Source: Dipteris shenzhenensis
Taxonomy: Eukaryota
Assembly: GCA_047967505.1 (NCBI GenBank)
Contig: CM106538.1
DNA: 64,000 bases
Strand: one strand, 5' to 3'
Numbering within the stretch: the stretch's first letter is position 1; each line of letters opens with the position of its first letter. The notes beneath the pieces are model-generated. The model saw nothing but the letters and a program-made list of their open reading frames with translations, had not been told where the DNA came from and searched no databases. Positions 48,600 to 62,249 of this stretch are shown here, one piece after another. The translations under genes were made by a program, and so were the position numbers.

Positions 48600-49995
48600 A
48601 AAAAGTTGGCTGATGAGACCATCGCTGTTGTCGCTCTAAGTATCCCAATCCCCCCAATGTTTTGTTCACAGATAAATGGGCAAAGTCAAAGATTATTATT
48701 ATACTTGCCAATACAAGATCTTCGCTTAAGAGGCAGGCAAAGAGGCAGGCACTAGCTGATTTTGTGAAGAGAGAGGGAGGTCAACCACCAAGGGGCCAGC
48801 CCCACGTTGCTCAAAAGTGAGTAGAAGAAAGCAATGAAGATAGCGAAGGTAGACCCCAGTCTCAGCACATGGAGGCACGAAGGATCCAAATGGAGCAATA
48901 TGGAAATGTGCATTTTGGAGCAGGGGGTGTTGAATCATGGGAGGCCCAATTTGTAAGTATTGATCTCAAATTATATTTTGTTTATGTGGTTTATTAGGAG
49001 GTTGTTTCTTTGTACTAACCCCTCTGTAAATTGTGTCATCTTGTAGCTTGATATCATGGGCAGGTACCCTACTCCTATCGCGATAACCTCCCACCACCAC
49101 CATTGTAGAGGAGATACATGGAGGGACTTCTATGATGACCGGTTGATTCTTGAGGAGAAGTGTATATGGGCTACTGGCCCAAGTATTTAAAAGTACTTAA
49201 ATAATGTCAATATTGTAAATAAAGATTTGAATTTTCATACATGGATACATGTTGTCCCTCGTTTACAGGGCTCTGGGGCTGATCAAGAGGAAGAAGATCA
49301 GGAAGAAGGCGATGAAGAAGGGAGCGAGGATGCATAGAACTTAGATTAGTCATAAAAGTAGCGCTATCTACTCTTTTTTATACTTGAAGCCATTGGCTTG
49401 GCTTCGTGCCTCTCTTGTATGTACACTCCACTTATTTTTTTAACTTGAAACCACAAGATATGGCTTGGCTTCGGTGCTATATGTACATACAAGCACTTTT
49501 TGGACTATGAATTAATATACACTCCTTTTATTTTTTTGGCTTTCGATTTCCTTGTGCAACGTTCTATCAATGAATGCCTTGTGAACTAAATGTTTTGGAG
49601 TTGTAATGTTTTATTCGGAATTGTAATCGTCGGCTATAGACGTGCTTGAAATCATGTTAATTAAAATGCAGTTGGCTGTAGGAATTGAATTGCACAATGT
49701 GGAAATTGGATTCTTGTAATCACATAGCATACACAACATACATAGCATTCTATTCAACCACACAAAATTTTGCTTTATTTTAAAAAAAAATTCTGTAGAG
49801 CATCTATAAGCGTGTCTATGTGTGCGTCTTTCTTTTTTTTCAAATTTCTATACAGCATCTATAGGCATGTCTGTCTGTTATATACATGCGCCTATAGATG
49901 CAGGTTTGTAGACATGCAAATAGACACGTTCGTAAGTTTTTTTTAAAGTTAAGGAAACATGTCTGTGTTTGCGTCTATGGGTGCTTTGTGTTGTG
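48600..49995 (+). mobile_element. CACAA-family right arm
   Basis: Similar to 30005-31501; ends gtgctttgtgttgtg at 49995. Confidence 0.82.
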
Positions 49996-52900
49996 TTTGT
50001 ACTACACAAAAGAACATGATTAAAACAATGAGGATGCATTTTGTAGCCACTTTGACCATAAATACCCAAATTAAGTAGAAAGGTATGAAATTTACATGTG
50101 GCATACATCCAACTACAAGCTCTGGGGCTCTCGATCGGTTATGTCCTCTCCATCATCTTTGACTTCACACGAAGAGCTTCTTGTAGCTAATCATGTGACA
50201 TGTGTCTAAGGGGAAGAAAAAGTTCTGGTGGACATAGCACCCTTTGCATGTGCATGACTCTAAATCTTGTCCTCTCATTTATTCATTTTTCTTTGGCCTC
50301 TTCATATCTCTCCACGCATCTATGCATCTTGGTACTATTGAGGACACAAAACTTATAGAGTTTCTTTCTTTGCTCTTCACTCATCTTTCTTACAATCCCT
50401 TTATGCTAGGGGACCTCCATAACAACACGATCATCGTCCTTGATGTTCCAAGCATGTGGCATATTGGGATCCATGGATATAAGAAACTCTGTGGTGTATA
50501 ATAATGACTCTTGCATTGCAAGCCATCCCTCTGCCATGCTTTCTTCGGGTCTTATCTAACGATCATTTAAAATTGTAAGAAATACAATGAAGGTAATATG
50601 ATAGTAAGCATACCTAACAAAGCCAGTGATCTTGTAGATAGCTTTTCTAACATCTTCTGATAAGCATCGTCTCACTATGATTGGGAGGATAAACTACCCA
50701 AGCAACAAAGAAATTTGTCCACACCGTCCATACCCAATCCAAGTATCAAGTTCCTAGGTTCTTCCTTGAAGCTTGGCTGTGTCTTCAATATGCTTCCACA
50801 TAGGAGTGTCTATGTGAGTTCTCCACTTCCCATTGGTTGATCGATGGGAGGAATACCATGACATGAGCTTTGCAATGGATTTGCACTTGAACATATGTTA
50901 GATGTGAGGGATTATGGGAAAATGTTGCAAAACCTTACGAGGCACATCCAAAGTTTTGAGATCTGCTCTATATGTTGCCTCTCCACAAGTAGGACACTCT
51001 CTTGCCTCCTTATGCGGTCCATGAAATAGAACACAATCATTGGTACACACATGGATGCGCTTGTAATCCAATCCTCCAAGAGAGGTCACATGTTGCCATG
51101 CCATATCTCTTGAGGTCGGTAATTTATTCTCCCTTGGAAGCATCTTACAGAATAGCCTGCACGTGAAGATCATAAATGAGAAAAAGTATTCAAGTAATTG
51201 ACCCACTAGCATAATTCACCATGTTTGCAAAATAGATTTTAAAGCTTACTTGAGTAATGCATTCAAACTTGCATTGCTCCATCCATAGTAACTCAAGGGA
51301 GGCACGTAGAACAGAGAATGTGCACCCCTCAAACACTGGTGTCAATGCTATAGTAAAAAGATCATCCTGCTCCATGCTACTATCATCCCTACTTGAGGAC
51401 TAATGGACAAATAAATCCTGCACCATATCATCAAACAACTCGTCGTCCACGGCCTCATGAGGCATAATGGTGGAGGGCTACTACTATCATCACTCTGTGC
51501 ATCCATAATGATCCCTCCTAAAGATCCCACCTTATATCACCGATGCTTCACCTCCTCACGATGAGCATAGGGCAACATTGCATATACGGGTGTGGCACTG
51601 CATCCTACATAAAATTAAAAAAGGATCATATATCAAACACATGAACACCCATAGGTATCTCAATCAACCTCAATATTTTAACACTTACTCGAGATATGGT
51701 CGCATCCCATTCTCTGTGCTTTGAGATGTTTCCTCGACATCGATCACACATACATTTGATTTTTTGCTCCAACCACATTTCTTGATGGTGGATACAGAGA
51801 GATTCATTCTCGCTAGAGGTATTTGTTGAAGATGAAGACATCCTACAAATACACAACCTAAAAAATGTGTTCTTTCTTGATTATTTAATGAGAAAACTCT
51901 ATAGCACATCTATAGGCACGTCTATAATGTGGAACGTGTCTATAGGTGTGTCTACACATAGTGTAGACGTGCTATTGGATGTGCTTTTAGATGCACAGAT
52001 TGGTTTTTAAACCTACATTTTGCTCATTTTCTCACTCCACTGCGCTTGCTTTCCTTTCAAAACATAGGTCTCCAAGCATACACACATAGTTCCAGGCTCC
52101 CACACTCATCTCCAAGCACCCACACTCATCTCCATGCATACACACTCATCCCCAAGCATACAAGAGAAGAAGGTGAACAAGGAAGCTACAAGAGAAGAAG
52201 GAGAGGAAGCTTTAAAGAAAGACAAGAAGCTTCCATACCTCTATCCAAGGTAAGTATCATGTCAGTTGGTCTTCTCTAGAAGTTGTTCTCTTTAGATTTG
52301 TCCTTTGTCGTATGCAAGGAAAGGATGTTTTTGGTACTTTTGTTCTTTTTTGGATCAGGTACATGTTGTTTTTAACTTTTTGTCAAAAGGTGTGTGTGGG
52401 AAAGTGTCTATCATTTCATCAACCATTATAGAAAATAGTGTAGTCGTGTCTATAGATGCGTTGTTTGCTGCATCTATAAATGTGCTCTAATAGACATTTT
52501 TCAACATACATTTTCCCCCTTGGGCCTTCCCTTTCCCCTTCCCCTTCCCCTTCCCTTTCCCCTTCCCACCTCCCTTCTCCTTAATCCATTCCCCCTTCTC
52601 CTTCCCTTCTCCCTCCTTCCATTCTCCCATCCACCCTTCTCTTTTCTTTCTCCTTTCCCTTGCATGCATGTTTAATAAGTCTAATTTTCAATGCCATAAG
52701 CATTCGTGAGGAAATAAGGGATTCCATGAATGATGGAAATAAGTGATTGCATGAGGGAAATTGGATTGCAGCATGAGGGTAGGATAAAGAAAGAGCATGC
52801 ATGATGGAAATCCCCTTCCCCTTCCCTTTCCCCTTCCCATCTCCCTTCTCCTTAATCCATTCCCCCATCTCCTTCCATCCTCCCTCCTCCTTCCATTCTC

Positions 52901-53400
52901 CCATCCTTCCTTATATTTTCTTTCTCCTTTCCCTTGCATGCATGTTTAAATCAAATTTTCAATGCCTTAAGCATTCGTGAGGAAATAAGGGATTGCATGA
53001 ATGATGTAAATAAGTGATTGCATGAGGGAAATCGGACTGCAGCATGAGGTCAGGATAAAGAAAGAGGGATGCATGCTGGAAATCACGGGATTGCATGCAT
53101 GATGGAAAGAGGGCATGCATGATGGAAATCACGGGATTGCATGTTGATGGAAATCTTCTTCTCTTGTTTTCTGCAGTTCATCATGTGGCCAAGAAGCTCT
53201 TCAAGAGCCTTGCGTAATCTTTAGGATGCCGTATTATAGCACTTATATAACATTTTGGGGCACCCTCCCACTCCTCAGGAGTTATACACATTCATGACGA
53301 GTGCTCAACCCACCCCCTAGGAGTCAGTAGTACAGACTCCAAACCACCCCATACCCATGCCAACTGAGACTACTCCTATGGAATCAAGACAACCCAGTAG
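49996..53400. mobile_element. Internally deleted CACTA copy: TnpD pieces on minus (49996-51860) and start of the second gene on plus (52170-53400)
   Basis: YKRIHVCTNDCVLF...ECPTCGE and KVLQHFPIIP; similar to 40200-41190 and 27360-29800; contains a ~250-bp tandem duplication near 52530-53070. Confidence 0.8.
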
Positions 53401-54879
53401 GCGATAGAGTTAAGGATGGTGTAAGTACAAGATCTAGCAAGAAATGAGGCTCAACTTGGAGAGGCATGGAAAGCTTCTTGTCCTCCTTCTTGTCTTTTCT
53501 TCTTGTCCTTCTTCTCTTGTGGCTGGACTACTTGGAGATGGGGTGTGCTTGGAGATGAGACCTCCTTCTTGTCTTTCTTGTCATGGAGATGAGGTTTAGG
53601 GGGAGATTTTGTAGGCGACGAAGTGGAAAAGCATGGAATAGCAAAGTGGACATGTTTTGGGGATCGTTCTCAAGGCTATTAGGGGGCCCAATCCTTTCCT
53701 CGCATCATGTTGTCAATGCAAGCTCGTGTTGCCTCCTCTTCCACTAAGTGTCACTCTCATAGGCCTTCAAACTCGATTCAACTTGTTTCTCTATGAGAAG
53801 AGAAAGGGGGTGGAAAGGAGGATAGGGTTGAAAAGTGTGACCAGGGTGAATGGGGAAGGGGAACAAAGGTGTGGCCCTGAGACCTTCGAAGTATGCAACA
53901 TGCTCGATCGCCATGGTGCTTATTAGAGTTTCTTTGATGGTGAGCAAGTGTTGGCAGACACGGTTAAAGAGGGTTACTACACCGAGGGGGTTGTACTACT
54001 CATGGGAAGGAATATTCTTTAGGTATTAAGAAGTAGCTCCAACTTGCACCCTCACAGCCAACCCTTCCCCTACCTAACCCTTTGGTAGTTTTGACTATAC
54101 CACTCACCTCGATGTCTATTATGCCTCCCCAAGTGACCATAGCTATCACGACTAGTGTAGGGATGATCTTGAGTCTCAAAAACCCATCAAATTGCTCTTT
54201 AAAAGGAAGGTCAGCAATGCCCTATCATCAAGACATCCTCCACCACTACTAGCAAGCCCTCAGGGATAAACATAGATCAGGAACATAGTCAAAACATAAC
54301 TGACGTATTAATAGTCTACCAAATGGACAACACTTCATTAGGAAACATGTAAAGGAATCAACACATATTGATGCACTATATGTACAACCAAGCCACCTTG
54401 GCTTGCAATGAATCCTGGGTATCAAACTTCCTAAGCTAGTAAGCTCAAGTTAGAGGGAGAGTGGTGTTTGTACTATCACCTTATGTGTCCCTCTCTCTAT
54501 TACAAAGCCTTTTCTAGATGAAGCAAAACTGCCTTCTAAAAGATGGTGTGCTCATCTCACTACACCCCTACTTGCCATTGGTTGACCGCCCTAAATCATC
54601 TACTTCATCGCATGCTACTACCACTACTTGATTCAAAAAATTAAGCCACACTACTGCTCGTTCTAGCCAATGTGGCACTTGGTACCGCTTATAGAACCAC
54701 GTTCACTCCCATGGATTGTTGGCCTTAACTTGACGGCCAACACCCTTGAGGGAGATCCCCTACCACCTTGGAAAGAAGGACCATCTCAACATCATTAATC
54801 TTGAACTGTTTTATCCCCAAAAATTTCCAAAATGCAACCTTTGGTCTCACAAATGTAGCTAATATCTAATACAGTTCTT

Positions 54880-55830
54880 ATCCAATGACCTGGCACAAGG
54901 GAGGTCAATGTAATCTAGAGGTCTATCATTTTATTGGTGTTCCCAACCCCACCAAATATACTCCATTAAATTGGCATCCTCTCTTAGACCTCATGTGCCT
55001 CTCCACTTAATGATTTCTCCATAGTGCTTCCAAGTGCTAATCAAACTGGCCACCAAATCAGAGCCATTGATTTTCAATGGAAACCAGGAAAAGAACTTGT
55101 CATACCAAGAGGGATCTCTCAATTGCCCAAATCCCATATCTGTACCCTTCTCCACATAGTTTTTTACTAACTCAATCCATAGAGATGAACATTTAAATAG
55201 CTAAGGAATCCACTTACAAAGCAAAGAATAGTTTCTTAACTCCATATCATGTATACCTAGTGCTTCTTGTTATTTAGGAGCCTTGAGATACTCCTATGCA
55301 ACATAATGAAGACATCTGCACCCACAATCTTCTACCCATAAAAAGGATATAAGTATCTTCTCAACTTCTTGCCAATGATAGGTCTTGAAGTTCCAAACCA
55401 AAGCTACATAGTAGTGGTCGTAGCCAAGATGTGCTTAGTCACTAAAATTTTGGCATTCTAACTGAAATTCAAATGATGCCATGCCCATATCATTTTCTTT
55501 ATTCAATCTTTAAACCAATCAAATCTTTAGAGAGGGGTTAACCCCAAGCCTAAAGGAACTCCTAGATGTTAAAATATCTCTCCACCATGAGATAACAATT
55601 TGATGGTGAAAGTAGCCACCCAATCAAGCAAACTATCATGAATAACTCTCAAAGAAAAATTATTGCTCCAACCGTATATTCAGACCCCAAAGTTTCACAA
55701 AAGTTTTGCAATGCAGCAAACAAATTCTCTACATTCTCCCTAGATTCCTCTACAAAATCTGCCATATCATCAGTAAAGATTTGAGTACAAATTTGCTTAC
55801 TTGATGCAAGGGTCCACCCCTTGATCAATG
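54880..55830 (-). pseudogene. L1-type LINE reverse transcriptase remnant
   Basis: Minus-strand QIFTDDMA (FADD-like), HLGVPLG and LGIHD...NYSLLCKWI motifs with many stops. Confidence 0.65.
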
Positions 55831-56389
55831 CTTCGCTACTAGAAACCTATATTATCATTATGCTAAACCTACTAGTAGAAACCTAATTGGAATTGAGATG
55901 CAATGGGTAATGGATAGTTTCTTAATTTAATTGTTTGTGATAAGTGAGGAAAATTTCTTGATTTCACCAAAATGAAATATGAAATTAATTGTGCATATGT
56001 TCCATTCTAAAATATAAAAGAAAAGAGAAAACTAGCATATTGTTAATTCTTATGAGTGTAGGATTTAGCTAAAAGGACTAAGTGTAAAAGGTAGGTGTTG
56101 AGAGAATGGACAAATAGTTGATAATTCTCAATGTTGAGCTAGTGCTGGAACACAGTACGTGTGTGCATGCAAGAGGAATACTATTGATTCAATCATGATA
56201 AACCATATAAAGTAAACTTTAAAAGCACAACCCTTTATTAATTCCCCTATACACATGCTAGCACTATTTTAAAAATCTCCTAGAGTGTGTAACTTTTAGC
56301 TAGATTTTGAGACCCCCTCATATATTGTACACAATCTATGAATTTGTACTTTCTATTCACATTAAGTGCTAAAACCCAAATTCATCACA

Positions 56390-56441
<52 letters not shown>

Positions 56442-56769
56442 CTCTTAATTAAAGCTTATGTCTAAAGTCATTCAAAAAGAATGTTACCAAGGACAACAAA
56501 TATGACTTTGCATATGCTTCTTCCGCACGTCATCGCATAGGCTCCCATTGCATATGATGGTGAGTGGTATGCAAGTTGCCATGCTCTTGAGTAAATGGAC
56601 TTGGTCAAGAGCACTACAATTGGCATTACCACCCAGAGGCCTACGCGATGGTGACATGGAAGAATCAAGTCTTCAATGCCAAAACCCTAAGCACAAGACA
56701 TTTATAATGCATGATGAGACAATACCATACTCCCACCCATCAACATCATGCACGATATGACAAAATAAA

Positions 56770-56814
<45 letters not shown>

Positions 56815-57599
56815 AAAACTTATCTCGAAAGTCATTCAAAAAGAATGTTACCAAAGACAAGAAATATCACTTTGCAGATGCTTCTGCCTCACATCATCGC
56901 ATAGGCTTCTATTAAATTGTTTTTGTAAATCCCAAACAGTAAAACCCATGCTTGTTTTTAGTATATCCCAACAACCACCATGTTGCTTTCCCATAATGAA
57001 TCCACACATCCTACAAATCCATTCATCTTGTAATAATGGAAGCAAACCACCACGTTGGTGGCTATTCATATCCTAGTGCAAACCAACCACCGCACTGGCA
57101 ATAACTTATCTTGCACTACTATCGTGCTATCCCTACACTACTACCGTGCTATCCTAAAATTTATTGCACAATGCTATACTAAAACAATGCCCTTTAGACT
57201 GTTTATCATTTCATTAACCATATCCCATGCTTGCTTTTAGTATATCCCAACAACCATCGCGTTGGTTTCCCATGACGAATCTGCATATGATGGTGAATGG
57301 TATGCTAGTTGGCATGCTCTTTAGCAAATGAGCCTAGTCAAGAGCACCACAATTGGAATTACCACCCAAAGTCCTATGCGATGGCAACAAGGAAGAATCA
57401 AGTCTGAAAAGCCTAAACCCTAAACACAAGATATTTACAATGCACGAGGAGACAATATCATATTGCCACCCATCGATAGCATGCGATGAGACAATACCAT
57501 ACAGTGCCAAATCCTTATCCCACCCTAAACTGCAACCTGCAATCAAAAAACAAGAACACATTTAGAATACAATGAGATGTATTCAAAACCCACAATCAG

Positions 57600-60200
57600 C
57601 ATCACTGCATCATTGCCACAATTCACAAGTCACTATCCTCATCATGTTCATCATCATCAATGTCTTCATCTTCAGACCCATGTGGAAGGCTAATATTATT
57701 TCCTCCATCTTCATCCAATTCATCCTCCTCATCACTATCCTTCTCATATGTTGCACCATTAGTCCCAGTTTCATCCTCTTCTTCAGAATCTAGGATCTGC
57801 AATGATTGGACTACTTCAGGCTATGAATAGCATCAGGCGGGATATCATAGGTCCATTTTGGAACTTTGTCCTCATATCCCACATCTCCTAATGTTTCCAG
57901 GATTTTATGATTGACATAGTTGTATGCTAACTTCTCAACCTGATCCTCTAGAAGTTTATTTTGTAAAGAATGTACTTGTAATGACTTCAGTTTGAGCCCG
58001 AGTTTGAGCATGGTTAGAGAAAGAACCCTCATTGTAATCAGGCATTGAAGCTCACACGTGCCACCATGCATCATCCACCATTTCCAAGTAGATCTAGTTT
58101 CTTCCAATGTTTATACTTGGCTAACTCATTAATACAACACTTTGCAAATTATACTGAGCATGGCTTTGGGGATAATAGTGTTGCACAACCTTATGAAAGT
58201 CATGCATAATAATTGGGAACTCTTTGGGCTTCATAATACACCACTCAGGGTCTAAAAGGTACCCAACACTATGCAAAGGCTTGCTCCCATCGAGTCCTAA
58301 ATAATTGTCACAATTCCTTGCATTTTGTAGCATTAAATGGTCTTCTCTCATTCTCTTGGCTTGGGCGAGTAGGGGGATTCCTCACAATAAGAGCTTGCTC
58401 TATATGCAAAAAGTTGCATCCGTGCTTTTCTGATTGTTGGAGTCTTTGAGTCCAAAGCCCTAAGTGCATATGAAAAAAGTTTCATAACATTAGTAGCATC
58501 CTCAAACCGTTTCCATAATGTAGGGGATCCAAAAGTTTCTTTCAGGTCATGCATTTTCTCCTTTATTGCCCTATCGGGGTCAGCTCTGACTTCCATCATT
58601 CAACTACATCACAATGAAATGTCTCTATAAGAAAACTCCTATTTTTCACTAGGGATTGCAAAGTGTAGAAGTATGTTGCAAATCTCATGGTTGCTGGCAT
58701 TACAACATGGTAGAATCATCACGAGACATAAAGATTGCTTCCAAACATTGCTTCGATCATATTAACTTCACGATGTCTCGAGCTTCACAAACAATCTCTT
58801 TGAACCATGGCACTTGTTTATAGTAATCTTTCAATGCAAGATTTAAAGTATGTGTACAACACACAGATGCATATAGATTGGTATACTCCCTTTGCAATAT
58901 TCTACCCACACGCCATCTTTTTACAACTCTTGGCATTATCCAATACAACCTGCACAACCTTTTCAGGGCCTAACTCTCTTATAACATTTGATAATACACA
59001 ATCCATATATGTCCCCAACTCCTTTACATGTGAGCATCAATTGATGCATGGAAGGCCTCCCCACACGGTGATGTTATCGACCATAATTAGTCGATATCCT
59101 GATCGCTAAGATTAATCTACCAAGTACATATTGTGCATTCTCCAAATCTTGAATCCAGATGCTCTCAACTATCATGGGTTGCCTGAAGTTAGGAGCATGG
59201 ATGTTTCTATCAAATTTATACTTTTATATTAATATAAAATATTGGCAAAATTTTATTAAGATAATTTTTTAGTTTCACTACTTTGAAAAAACATAGTAGG
59301 ACTTAATATATTTTCTTTCGAATTTCTAAATAAAATGTGCAAACCCTCACAAAACTTTTGAAATTTTTGAATGAAAGTTCCAAATATTGGGGAATGTTTC
59401 AAAATTTTATTTTCATTGGGGCATACAAACTTTCGATGACAATATAAAAGTTTCACTTCTTAATGAAACTAACATGAAAAAATCATCCATGATTAGGAGT
59501 CACAATTGCCGATCTAGCTTCATGAGCCATAGGTGGAGATCTATCTTGCATGCTAGTGTCCACACAAGGAGTCCTAGCATGGGAGCCTTCAACACTTATA
59601 CTTCCAACACCATGTATGCTTACAGATTCTACTCCACTTACACCTTAACTTTCCGAAATTGATCTTCTTCGTATTTTTCTAGAAGATTGCAACTTCTCTG
59701 TCAAGGTGCGAGCTACTACAATAGCTCCTAGGGCCGCACAACACTGAATGCTTTTTCTTGAACCAAGCAAGGGACCGCTTATGCGAGGTACTCTCCCAAA
59801 TTTTTGTATTCCACAATAATTGCATTTACACTCAATGTAGTCACAAACATTAATGACAAAGTCCCATTCTCAACCATGTGACTTATGTTTTTCCCCCTGT
59901 GCACATGGAATCTCTTTGAGAGGATTGTGACACCCACATAAATCCTCTCCCCATCTTGGTTAACAACCTCACAAGGTGGATCAAGTGTTGTGGTAGTGCC
60001 TATTTTGGCAATGAGATCCTCTTCTGCAACTCCTTGTTCAACCCTAGGAACATTTTTAGGCATATGAATACAAGCATGGGCATGACTTGATGCATCCATA
60101 GTTTGCCTAGTCACAACTTGTCTTGAATATTGTGGATGAGCATTTCTAGTTTTAGGCATTTCTGATTGTGCATTCATAGTCTCAACATGTGCCCTATTTC
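57600..60200 (-). pseudogene. Decayed hAT transposase (BED-like finger, DUF659-like core, dimerisation domain)
   Basis: CKCNYC, VVQVVLDNA, CCTHTLNLALKD, LHSVGYLLDPE and VHS..NKL...QVEKLAY motifs, then an acidic tail. Confidence 0.78.
59196..59491. mobile_element. hAT-type MITE inserted in the hAT remnant
   Basis: Ends catggatg...catccatg; 8-bp TSD gttaggag/attaggag. Confidence 0.7.
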
Positions 60201-61448
60201 TGCTCAAATCATTGCCATATCATCTCCCCCTTCTCTCCATGCCTAGGGCCTTTAGCTTAAGACTCCTCACTAACAATCGCATTCATTGGCACTCAATAAT
60301 TATGGTCCACAAGTTTCCCAAAACGCAAGGAGTGAGAGTATAGACCACCCTCAAGAACACACAACAAACACTGGCATTCACTAGCCCTTGTATTCATGGT
60401 CTACAATTTTCCCAAGATGCAAGGAATCAGAGGATCAAACCACACCCACAAGTATAATGAATGCTAACTCACTCTTCCCCACTTAGCCTTACAACTATTT
60501 TGATCCAAATCCTAGTTCACTTTCTTTTCCAACTTACCAAAGGGTTTCTTGGGATATATTGAACCATAATCGGATCAAATAATGAGCCTTTATTGCCATT
60601 TCCACCAATATATAGCACTGGGTTGCATGAGAAACTACAAATCTGCAATCCACAGTACCGCCAGTACTTAAGATACTACTGGTGGTAATATTAAACAACG
60701 TGATCTTTTTTGTTAAACAACGTGATCACATTGTTTTCACACTACTTTAAAGAGTAGTAAACAAATGCTAATAACCCATTAACAGAAATGTGAAAACGTG
60801 AACATAATCCTTGCAGACGGCTAAAAAATAAATATGCAATTGCAAAAGGCTTGTATGATAGATTATATGTTTCAACCTTGATCCATATCAAAGCTATTGA
60901 TGAGTAGCTCTTGGTCCCTTGCACTTACGTTTGTCACCTAGAAAGTGCTTCCTCATTCTTGGTCCAAGTTAAACTTATGCTTCATGGAAAATGTTACACC
61001 TCCACTACTTGCCAACTAGCATTGTAACATAATCTTTCACCTTGGCATGTGCTACAATTGTAGGTTCTTGTTGTGTTGCTATGATAACATTTGTGTCAAT
61101 ATCTTCACTCAAATTGGTTGCTACTCTATAGCACCCTGTTCGTTGCACTTTGTGCTTATCACCTAAGAAGTGCCATGGGATTCTCCTACTTGGCCTAGGG
61201 CACTCTTCATGGCAAATGCTACATGTCCATGGATTCCAAACCAACATGGTAACATAATCTCATGCCTTTGCTAGAGTTCAAATATTTCTCTTTGGAGTCA
61301 TGCTATACTATCATAGTAGGAAAAGAAACATAATAATTTTATTTATATTTAGTAATCATTGATGCCAAATTTCAAGATTGCTAGGACCACATAATTCTAT
61401 TTGCAATTATATGTAAACATTCCACGTTACATGTAGTCTAGCTACACT

Positions 61449-61450
<2 letters not shown>

Positions 61451-61494
<44 letters not shown>

Positions 61495-61672
61495 ACCCAA
61501 TTTTCATGTCCCCTATTGACATAATTGGAATATTATAGACATGGTAATCTACTTATTTTCATAGGCATGGGATGGTGAGTGGTCTCACCCAATTTTCATG
61601 TCCCCTATTGACATAATTGGAATATTATAGACATGGTAATCTACTTATTTTCATAGGCATGGGATGGTGAGT

Positions 61673-61758
<86 letters not shown>
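61451..61758. repeat. (GA)21 - two identical 92-bp units - (TC)~41 composite
   Basis: Units at 61493-61584 and 61585-61676 are bracketed by inverted microsatellites. Confidence 0.88.
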
Positions 61759-61771
<13 letters not shown>

Positions 61772-62249
61772 ATTGATCTCATAAGAACTATTTGCACCTC
61801 GATCATTTGCAACATGATGCTCTACTAACGAATGTTTACATTTCACACAAACTAGTGTAGTAGCTAGCCTTACACTTTGGCACTTTGCAACATTTCTTCA
61901 TGTTGATTTCCTATTTATTTTCACTTTTTTGGTACCTTAAGATATGAATAGTTTTCAATATACAAATATTAGTAGTGACCAATAATTCTCAAACAGTTGC
62001 ACTTTGTATTTAACAAAACATTGCACTCCATATCGTATGATATTATTATATATCACACTATGAAATCATCCTCAGAATTGCTAAAATCTGGATGGGCACT
62101 GGTATCAAGTGGCCCCCAAAGATAGGAGCATTAGGCAAGGCACATAGGAGATTGCAATATACCTATATCTTCATCACTACATTGTCCCTTGACATCATTC
62201 CTCATCGTCCAATGCTCTACCATTTGCATACACATATACCTGTTCTCTA

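Noticed and set aside
48582-48600. cactacaaa as a CACTA left end
   Set aside because: No subterminal repeats, partner end or TSD found.
54385-54545. Similarity to 13230-13400 as a possible LTR pair
   Set aside because: Too diverged, with no TG...CA boundaries or TSD; probably separate copies of an old repeat.
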